Source: Moniliella sp. 'wahieum'
Taxonomy: Eukaryota
Direction of reading: 5' to 3'
Assembly (NCBI GenBank): GCA_003971905.1
Contig: RSEE01000074.1
Location: forward strand, 248,001-312,000
Length of the DNA stretch: 64,000 nucleotides
The position numbers and the translations under genes were made by a program. Positions 54,476 to 64,000 of this stretch are shown piece after piece (the stretch's first letter is position 1; each line of letters begins with the position of its first letter). Under the pieces are notes generated by a model, which was given only the letters and a program-made list of their open reading frames with translations, was not told the DNA's origin and did not search any database.

Positions 54476-54961
54476 GTCGCGCAGGGTGTATGCGCTGTGG
54501 CGGCGCGTGGGCGCATGCGGCGACGTGTGGGGGCGGCGGCGGGCATGGGCATGGGCGTGGTGGCCAGGCGGGCAGCGGGCAGCGGGCTGGAGGCAGACAG
54601 GCCCAGGCAGCCAGATGGGGGCGGGGGGCTGAAGCTGGGCGTGGCTCTGCCAAGGCAAGCCGGCTGAGCACTGGGCGGTGGAGCTGGTGGTAAATATAAC
54701 GCTACTTGATGGCTGGCTGCTAATGAGCCGGCACCGCCCCCGTGCGTCTCGCGCGCACCGCGTCTCAGATGGCCGGTGAGCATCACACGTCAGGTGCATG
54801 GGGCTGCGCTGCTGCCGCTGCCTGCGTGTCTGGCTCAGCGCGCGCTCACGTCACGCGTCAGCGTCAGGCCCAGTGGCTCAGTACTCGTCAGGGTAATAAC
54901 GTTCAGCATCAGGTAACTAGAACTAGTCACAGTCACGTCACTGTGACTACCGGCTAGCCCA

Positions 54962-57737
54962 CTACCAGTACTCGAGCGCTCGGGCCGTCGGAGGCTCAGC
55001 CACGCTGGGCTGTCGGCGCATCTGCATCTCGTGCTCTTTCATCAAGCGTTGACGTTCAGCTCCCCCCGTCGCCCCCATCGCCGTCGGTCCGGCCGTCCCA
55101 TACGTTTCCAAGCCCAATGCCAGGTGCGATCGAGGCGTAGAGGCTGGTGCCTCTGATGCCCCCCTCTCCCTGTCTGAGCGAGCGCAAGGAAGAATGGAGG
55201 GAACCTGGCCGTGGCAGCTGTGCATTGCATTAACGTGTAATCATTGAAACAGCCATGGCCATCGACATCCTCAAAAACGCAAGGGAGAAAAAGCAGTCCA
55301 AAAGGGGGCGAGAGCAGCGGAAAAGGGACAGAGTGGGTACAGATCCTCTCAACGAACACACGAGGCACATGGAAGGAAAGGACGCAGGTAGGTGGGGGCA
55401 GATACCAGGAAAAGAGTGCGCATGCATCAGGCCCGCCCGATGCTGTCAGACGAGAGGGAGGAGAGAAGAGGATCAAGGGAGTCGCGTACCACCCGATTGC
55501 CGGAGCGCGTTCGCCAGTTGGGCCAGGCAAACCAGGACTAGCGAGAGAAGGAGGCAGGGTCCGTACGTCGGATAAAGTTGAGGGACTGAGGAGCCCAGAA
55601 CCTTGGCGACTTTGGCCAACTGTTGGGCCATTCGTTCGGATCCGTCCCCATGCGGATTCGTCGCGAACATTGTCAAGGTCGGATCGGATTGGCGTCGAGA
55701 CGAAGAGACAGAGAAGGGGGGCAGGGTAGGAGAGGGAAGCAAGTGCGGCCCGCACCCTTTCCATTCCCGAACCATATCCACCCCCCAGATTCGGCACACT
55801 CGCCCGCCCCGTTGGGGCATGCTCGTCGGTCTGCGAAGGTACCAATGCGAGTAACGAGCGAGAAAGCTTGGCGAGCGGGTGTGTGCGCGCGAAGGAGGGG
55901 AAGGGGTAGGAGCATGCAAGGTAAAGTTCGTGGATGAGCGTGGGGAAGGAGATGCCTTGTTCATGATGCGCCACGACTTGTCGTGCTTGCTACGTTCGGT
56001 GGAAGGAGGAACCAGATGAGCGGGCACGTCCCCAACCACAGCACTCGTCTCCCCATCAGCGTGCGGCGATCCAAACGAATTGGATAGCGTGTTGGTATGG
56101 TAAACGTAGGAGTAGAGGGCGAAGACCGAGACCGGTGGGGGTACCACCGGGGCCAGAGTGAAGGGCGTCCAGTTTCAGAAGGCTGGGAGGAATACCCCGT
56201 TCCATTCCCCTGGAAACAGCCATCTCGTTCCCCACGAGGTGAGGAGGATGTCAGCCGGTCAGGCTGATGATACCCAACAAGGCGGCCGCGCTTTGGTTGA
56301 ACCATTACGGTCGACGAACGAAGGAATTGGAGGAGCTAGTTGGGGTGTGCAGGTCGATCCCCAATAAGGCGGCCGCCTTCGGTTTGACACCTTGCTCCAC
56401 ATCTCCTTCAGCGACCGGGTTGAGAAGCCGACGAGAGGTACTGGGCAACACAGAGGAGAAATAGCACCACTACCAGTGCTGGCCCGATTGCATTGTCTTT
56501 GGCTCCGAAGTCCCAGGGTGGAGGGCCCCGTCAATCCGGCTGAGCCATAGACCGGGAAGGCGAATGACCGGGGCTCCAAGTCTGGGTTGAAGAGCAGGTT
56601 GAATCGAGCGACGTGAGCCGCCCATGGCCCTTTCTTCAGGAGACGACGAGGTGGCCCCAAGGTCAAAACTCTGGCACTTTTTCCGATCATGTCGCCCCAC
56701 TTGGGACGTCATCACATCCGGCATGCACTCGGACCCAAAACACGAGCAACTTATCCGTCCTCTCTGCTTCGACATGCTAAGTTGTCCCTGGTGATTCGCT
56801 CGGGGGACCGAGTGGTCACTGGCGGACCTCAAAGGCCCAGAGGCTATCTGCGAATTTGGTTTGAGGGGTTGGAGGGAGAGGGCTGAAGGTGAGAGGAGTT
56901 ATGACTATGGTAGTGTCCGGAAGAGGGTGTCGAGTGATCCTTGGTGCGACAGGGACAGTGGCCACGAAGCAGACGAGACGAGGCTGTCCTTGCTGTCGCT
57001 TTTGTTCAGACTAAACTCGCACTTGGAAGGATGCATAGCGGAGGTCAAACCACTCGCACTGGCAGTCGACGTTTTGACGAGAAAGAGGAACGCAGTTCCA
57101 TCATGGCCTCGCCAGGGCCCAAAGCAGAGAGCAACTGCATCGGACAGTCCAACCAGCCCAGACCTGGTAGGCCCGAGAAGACCGGGGCGTCTTGATGCAA
57201 GTCGGCGGGTGGTTCAACACTCAGGCGTTTCTCTGGGGGCGACCTGCATCGAGGCGAAGAATAGGATGCGCAGAGGGAGTACGATGAATGGAGCGAAAAC
57301 CTCATATGTGCCTTGTCCCCTTGGGTGTTGGTACTTGCACGCTTGTGCTTGGAGTACGACGGAGGCATGGATAAGGAAGTGGAGCGATGAATGTCCCCGG
57401 TAGAACTGGCAACTGGGGATGTGGGTGGAGACAGGTCCGGCTCCGCAAGGGATGGGGTGTGCATTTGCCTCCCTTGTTGCACACTACCCTCCGAGGGGAA
57501 TTCCAAGCCAGGGGGTGATTGCTGAGGGGCCAGGGAGATACTCATGGCTGCTGCCTGGTGTGCAAGGGCCGCACGATGGCGGGACAAGCCAGAGGAACGA
57601 GATGTGCTGCCAGTAGTGGCGGCTGGGCGAAAGTCGGAGGGGGAAAACAAGGTTGCTTGGCTCGACAGCCTGGGCGATTCCGAAAGATCAGGAGATTGGG
57701 GTGCTGGGCTAGGCTGGGGGCGCTGTATGCTGAACAT
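54962..57737 (-). CDS. Hypothetical protein (fragmented by indels)
   Basis: ATG at 57737 follows a pyrimidine-rich leader. A chain of coding-like minus-strand frames includes globular-looking stretches (KKGPWAAHVARFNLLFNP; ISFPTLIHELYLACSYP; MERVRAALASLSYP). Family not recognised. Confidence 0.5.
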
Positions 57738-58884
57738 GGGTGTGGAAGGAGGCGTGGGGTTGGGAGTGGTGTCGAGGGCGACACTGGGTATTGAGCGCGA
57801 GGGAGGATGCGCTCTGGGGATGGGTTGTGGGGGGGGGAGTCAAATACGCATAGGCCCTGCTGGCGGGACAGTGTGGTGGCCAGCTCGGCTGCAAATGGTG
57901 GAGGAGACGAAGAAACAGCCAACTGCGGAATGCATCTGATCAGCACAAAGAACCAAGACCATTGAATAAAACACCCGAAGAGTGCCAGCGCAACAATTAG
58001 CAACACCTGAGAGGCCTGAGCGCCAGAGTGCCAGAGTGCCAGTGCCAGAGCGCCAAAGCGCCTGGGAATTTGAAGCTTGAAGCTTGAGACAGGTGTGGGC
58101 CAAGGGACAGGCATGTCGGGGATGCGGCCCACCCGGGCAGATCATCGATCAGCAGCCCTGCCCCGCACGTGGATCGACCCGCAGACAAGTTAAACATTGA
58201 GAACAATGGCCGGTGGATCGAGGATTGATCCGGTCCATGCTTGAGGCCCTCGAAGCTTGCGGAGCTTAGCGCTAAGGCTAAGCGCTTACTAGCTTTTGCT
58301 CTTGAAGCTTGAAGCTTGAGGCTTAGGCTTAGGCAGAGAAGCCTTGTGGCCTCGAGGATCGATGATTCGTGAACGGTGACCGGTGAACACGTTGAACGGT
58401 TATCGATATCGATTATCGGTTATCGCCGTGCTCACGTCAGCATCGGCGCGCCGGTGGCCAATTGCCGTGACATGGACACGTAACACCGCTACCAGTGATC
58501 ATCGATCATCGATCATGTGAGCGCGCATGTGGCATGCGAGTGTAAGCGCTCCTATAATCCACCCACCATCTCTCCTGTTACTATCACTTGTAGCAGCAGC
58601 AGCCAGCGACACCCACAATTAACACCTCTGCCTAAATCTAATCACGCCCGCCCCCTCTGTTTCCTCTTTTCCCCTCAGTCCGCAGTCCACACTCAGTATC
58701 CTCGCCAGTCCCCGGCAGCTCTTTTGCTACGACGGATCGCGTATGACCGTGACCGACGACTACTCATCACGCATTCAAGATGCAACGGTTCCGCCGCTCA
58801 GAGGCCTGAGCGCCTGAGCATTCCCAGCGATGGCAGGTTATAGTGACTAGCTGCACGCCTCGATTTGAACGCTAGGAGCGCCCC

Positions 58885-60196
58885 TCATGTCCTCCGCTTA
58901 GTTCGCCTCGGCGGCTGCCGCCGCCGCGCTTGCTCCACTACCAGTGTATGTGGTTCGTCCGCCTCAGGCGCGCGCACATGGCGGAGGCGAGGCGAAGTGC
59001 GGCATGGGCGGGGCACTTCGCTCATCTTGACCTCCTCACCTGTGTTCCGCCCTGGCCCCCCCATCCGGTTCATCGTCCATGCCGGGGAACATGCCAGGCA
59101 GGGTGCGCCGTTTCGACTGCTCGTCCACTTCGGTCCTGTCCGGCCCCAAGGGAGGAACGGGTGCGGGGGCAGACGTCGCCTTGCGCGTTTTTGCGGCTTT
59201 GGCAAAACGCCGTGCCGGCACCGTCGTCTTCTTTCCACCCACTTCATCCATCGCGTCACCTGGTGAGGAAGATGCACCCACCCGTTTCGGAGTACGGGAA
59301 CGACGGGTGCGTGATGCAGGGGGTAATTTGGATATGGGTTCCGAGCGTCTGGGCGGCTGAATTTCTGCATCGCGGGGAGCAGGTCCTTCGTCGATGGTAA
59401 GCGAGATGAGGCGCTGCGGGACACGAGGCGGGGTGGGTTCCATGGCTGGAGGTTCGGAAAAGGCTGTGGAGGAAGGGGGAAAGGGGTGACGGGAAGACCT
59501 TGACCCCACGCCAACGTCTTGGAGCTTCGCTGCTGCTCTAGTCCAGGATCCAAGTTATGCTCGGCAGCCAGCGCCGAAGTAGATCGGTCACCCGCTTGCG
59601 ACCGGGACCGGGCAGAAGTGATACTCAAGTTGGCAGGGTCGGAAAATGCTTCGGGGACGCTGGGCCGAGCCTTGGTGGTCACACTCCGCGAATAACTTCC
59701 TTCCGGGCGCATAAATCCAACCGCATGATCGAACAGACCTTGGTCCAACAGTGTGTACGCAGGGATGGCACGTCGCAAGGCGCAGGCAGTCCAACAAGTT
59801 GTGCAAAATTGTAGGTCGGGTGAGAGGTACGTTGGGATCTCAGTGCATCGATGGCGCTCTTGCCCTGGCCAATCCGAAAAGGCAGGGTAGGGGAAGCGAA
59901 GAGGGCCAAGAGGAGGTAGAAGATGATGGCATCACCTTGCGCCTTGGAAAAGGCTGTGGCACCGTCAATTACGTCAATCAGTGCATGTAGTCCGGCAGAC
60001 GAAGTGGGAGGATACAATTCTGTTAGCTGATCAGGGTCGACAACAAACCCCAGCACGCGATCGAGGAAGAGAGGGCCGCCGAGGTGGGAGCGCTGAGAGC
60101 GCACATCCTGGATCCATTCAGGCTGGGTGTAGGCTGCGGAGCGGTCGGGCGGAGCAAAGAGCGCGTATAGGGACTCGCGTGACACGTCATGGCCAT
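58885..60196 (-). CDS. ELYS-like nucleoporin (Ely5-type), possibly internally truncated
   Basis: GGPLFLDRVL..LYPPTSSAGLHALIDVI..AIIFYLLL..FAQLVGLP..IPAYTLLDQGLFDHAVGF matches the N-terminal ELYS domain pattern. Basic low-complexity C-terminus including TLPGMFPG. Ends approximate. Confidence 0.72.
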
Positions 60197-60476
60197 CCTC
60201 GTGGTAACGAGGGTAAATGGTACACCGTGGAGCGCGGCAGTGGACTCGCTAATGGGAACGGCCTTGGCCGTGTTCAGTGATCGACCAGAGATGGGAGAAA
60301 TGCTGTCTGAGATGGGGTGGTATATGTCCAACACAGGAATTTCCGCGGGGGGCGGAATGAAGTGTAATTTGTGCTTCACCTGGCTACTGGGCCAATTCTT
60401 GCTTGGCTAGCGCCTGAATAGCTCTGCCTCTGCCCCCCCTCCGCCTCCACCCCTACCGCCTCATTTGCTTGCTGGA

Positions 60477-63400
60477 ATGGGGCCGCGCAAGAAGGGTGCG
60501 AACATCAAAAGCACCGGAGCCACTTCGTCCAAGGCCGCACCCCTTCCCGACTGGGTCAAGAACAAAAATGCGCCCAAACCAGCTCCTGCCCCCGCGCCTG
60601 TCCGCACTCGCCCCCCCGCCCGTCATCCAACGGCGCTGCCAACGGCGCTGCCAACACCCCCGCCACGGGCCCTCTCCAGCACCTCTTCCCCATTGGATCG
60701 AAGCCACCGCTAAACCTTCTCACAGAAAAGATTGCTGCCCACACCCGCAAGGCCTCCGGCAAGGAGTCGGCCTGGCTCAAGCCTATCATTGATGTCCGCC
60801 GCATCCCAGCCGCCCAGGTCGCCGCCTGGGCCGAGGCACAGACAAAAATGCTCCAAGCTGAGCGGACTCGCCGTACCGAGGCCCAGGAAAAGCAGCCTAA
60901 GAAAAAACCCAAAAGGGCGCCGAGCCCGAACCCCCGCCCGAGGCGTACAGTTCAGACGACCTGGCGACCGCTCTGATCGACGCTGAGGCCAATCCTGACG
61001 CTATCCCTCCCGGGTTTGATACGTCGGACCACACTGCCGCATTTGGAGTCGATGTTGGTGGTGTTCTGGATGCCTATCTGGCGGCCCAACAGGCCGATCA
61101 AAACTCCGACTCGGACGGGGAAGATGAGGATGAGGATGAGGATGAGGATGCTGCTGCCAACGACAATACTGGAGTTAACAAGAAGACTGTCGCTTGGACG
61201 GCCACAGTGACGCTGAAGCGCGAAGGAAAGGGGCATGGCGCGGCAGCCGACACAGTTCGGATGGCACCTGATGATCGTTTGCATCCCGAGTTGTGCATCT
61301 ACGCCATCAGTGCCCAGCATGCTCGTCAATGGGCGGCTACCTATGCTCTGTTCCGCCTCTTCACACAGATGCCCATGTATCGCATGCTTCCTCCGGTCCG
61401 CGCGAGTATTGGAAAGTTTGTGAGGCGTTTCATGCCAAGTGGTCCGCCAAGGAACGTGCGTTTGCCCGGGACAAGGCTCCGCCCAAGGACGCGGCCGGAC
61501 GCACAGATCGGCGCAGAGCTCAGCTGCTGGCATATATTGGGATCCTGATCCATTTGCCGCTTCTGCTCGTCGCCAAGCGGCAGCTGCCGCGGCAGAGCAG
61601 AGTCGAACCACTGCCTCCGCTCTCCAAGCCGCTGTTCAGCGCGGGGATCACGAAACTGCCGAAAAGCTGGCGGCCCAACAGCAGCGTGAGCAGCGCCAGC
61701 GCCAGCAGGACATCGCGACAGGCAAGCTGGGTCCATCGACAGCCACAGCCGACGCGGTGGCTGCCCAGGAAGCGCAAAAAGCTAAGAGGCCCCGTCGGAC
61801 CATGTGGGACGAAGCGCCTGCGCTCAACGTCCCTTGGCCACCCGGCAGCTTCTTCAAGATACGATCCAAGACGGGTTTGCCCACTTCCCCTCTGCCATCG
61901 ACAATACTGTTGAAGAAAGTGGGAAGGTCCAAACCCAGAAAGGGCATGCAAGCGCGCTCACGGACCCCGCCAAACTGGCATCTCAACTGGAGAAACTTGG
62001 CTTCCGTCCAGGCTATGCCCGTTCTGCCGCCCAATGGGTCGCGGCTGCCCGCCAGCGCTTGGCCCAGGGGCAGGCGAGGGATACTCTGGACCGGGCCGCC
62101 CTGGCCACGCTCGCTTCTCAAACGGACGAGCAAGCTGGGCTCGAGTACTTGCTCATGTATACCCCGCCCGAGGACCTTCCGCCCAAGTTTGCTTACAAGC
62201 ATACCCAGCGTGGCAAAGCTCCTGAAGAGTTTGTGTCAGGTGGTGCGGCAGGGCAAGGGGTGAGTTGGACATTGGGATGCGCTGGCTCGTCGAGCGGGTC
62301 TCTGCTGCCATGGGGTGTCCCACTGGAGGCAGTCGAGCGCGCTGCTCATCGTCTCTTGGCCTTCGAGGTAGACCATCCTGACGGTTGGGATCGCGAAGGT
62401 CGCCAAGGTGTCTTGGTCGACATGCTCCTCGCTTCGCTGGTTCGGGGACACGCAGACAAAGAAGGCGGCGAAGAAGAAGCACACGCCCAAGCGTTGAAGT
62501 CGGCGACGTCGGTGCCCAAGGAAGAAAACACTGCCCAGTCGGAACAGCTCTTCCAGGAAAAGGAAATTCTTGATTCTCTTCTGGGCGAGGACCGGATCAG
62601 CCTGGTAAGCACCAAAGACTGGCCCTTCGTCAGCGACGGGCCTGAGACGGCGGGCTTTCAGGCGATCGATATTCGTTTCCCACGCACGGGGGAAGATGTG
62701 CGCTTGCGCTTCGCCCCCCATCCCGCCAACGGATACGGCATTCAGTCGGTGCCCCACCCAGTGCTTCGCCCAACTGCGTTGTCGTGTCCAGTACACTGCC
62801 TTCCTACATCCGACTTGCTTTGACACGCTTTGTCCACACGCCCAGCACAGAGGGGGAAGATGAGTTGACTGCGTCAGTCGAGGGTGGCAGGGCTCCACCA
62901 TGCTGTTGGAGAGAGGCTGGAGGCTGAATTGGACAAGATGATTGATCACCCCCGCCTCTCAACGAGGTGCTGCGGCCCTTTGTCGATGGCCCTTCGCCCC
63001 GTCAATCTACTACGCCTGTGGCCGTTTCGTCCCCGACTCCACGCAAAGCAGGGAAGCGCGATGCACCACTGGAGCTTTCCCTGCCGCTGCGGAAGAACTC
63101 ACCAAGCGTGCTCGTGCCGATCGGGCAGCGTGGGAGTCAGACAAGGCCTACACATCCAATTATGGCCGTGTTCGGCATTCGCTTCCGGCCTGGGCGAGTC
63201 GGCAATCATTCTTGGACTTGCTTCGACAGGCCCCCGGGCGCATCATTCTGACAGCAGGTGAAACGGGGTGCGGAAAGACGACTCAGTGCCCTCAGTTTAT
63301 CCTCGACGAGGCGATCGCCAACGGCACTCTCGCTGAGACCAACATTGTTGTGACTCAGCCTCGTCGAGTGGCTGCTGTGGCCGTCGCACAGCGTGTTGCG

Positions 63401-64000
63401 GCCGAGCGGGGCGAGTCGCTCGGGCGGGACGGGGACAAGAGCCAGTACGCCCTGACAGGATATGCGATTCGGGGTGAACGCAAGGCGGGTCCCAATTGCC
63501 GGCTGCTCTTTTGTACAACGGGTGTTTTGTTGCGGCGGCTGACGGGTTCGGCCTGCGAGGTATCTCGCATGTTGTGGTGGATGAGGTGCATGAACGGTCA
63601 GTCGATTCAGATGCTGCTGCTACACCTTCGCGCGGCGCTCAAGAGCAACCCTCAGCTAAAAGTGGTGCTCATGAGCGCTACAGTTGAGCAAGAAACATTG
63701 TGCGATACTTCAACGGGTGTCCTACTTTGACAATCCCAGTCGTACATTCCCTGTGAACGATTTGTACCTTGAGGACATTGCCGTCTCACCAACTACGACC
63801 CATCGGGATCAGCCCCACTGCGAGGTAGCCCAAGGTGCTGAACGAGGCCCAAAAGTCGGAGATTGCTGGCTTCACAGCGAAGCATGCCGAGCCATTGAGC
63901 GAGACCCAGATGCGCTCACTTATTGCGCTCATTCAGCGCACCCAGGACACGACGGTATGATTTACTGGCCCGCACCGTCTTGCTGGCCCTCGAGCGCTCG
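60477..64000 (+). CDS. DEAH-box RNA helicase, DHX57/DHX29/Ucp12 (YLR419W)-like; 3' part beyond the window
   Basis: MGPRKK start, UBA-like QLEKLGFRPGY..LEYLLMYTPPEDLPPKF and an RWD-like segment. Helicase motifs GETGCGKTTQCPQFILD, TQPRRVAAVAVAQRVAAERGE, GYAIRGE, FCTTGVLLRRL, DEVHER and LMSAT. Multiple indels. Confidence 0.93.

Overview
GC-rich fungal genomic DNA, most likely a basidiomycete of the Ustilaginomycotina type. This is inferred from compact genes, a few short GT..CTRAC..YAG introns and intron-containing tRNAs. Almost every gene has single-base indels, mostly in homopolymers, which points to an unpolished long-read assembly, so many CDS ends are approximate. Recognisable genes are BCKDH E1-alpha, a Yap-type bZIP, MEX67, Bin3/Bmc1 capping methyltransferase, an MFS transporter, a tandem-PH protein, PRPP synthetase, a ZIP transporter, tRNA-Arg(ACG), a pogo/CENP-B HTH ORF, an RWD-DUF1115 protein, MTHFR, SSL2/XPB, SPC2, CENP-H, an S9 acylpeptide hydrolase, tRNA-Ser(CGA), an ELYS-like protein and a DHX57-type helicase, plus several orphan low-complexity proteins. 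Three things stand out. (1) The normally essential TFIIH helicase SSL2/XPB looks truly degenerate: three in-frame stops, DEVH->DEVY and a missing conserved C-terminal block, with a CpA->TpA bias. (2) Intergenic DNA follows a 7-bp-periodic grammar of A-N4-T palindromes joined by C/G, and this peaks in a ~3 kb gene-free patchwork at 33.7-36.7 kb. (3) A possibly domesticated pogo/CENP-B DNA-binding gene lies right beside that patchwork.
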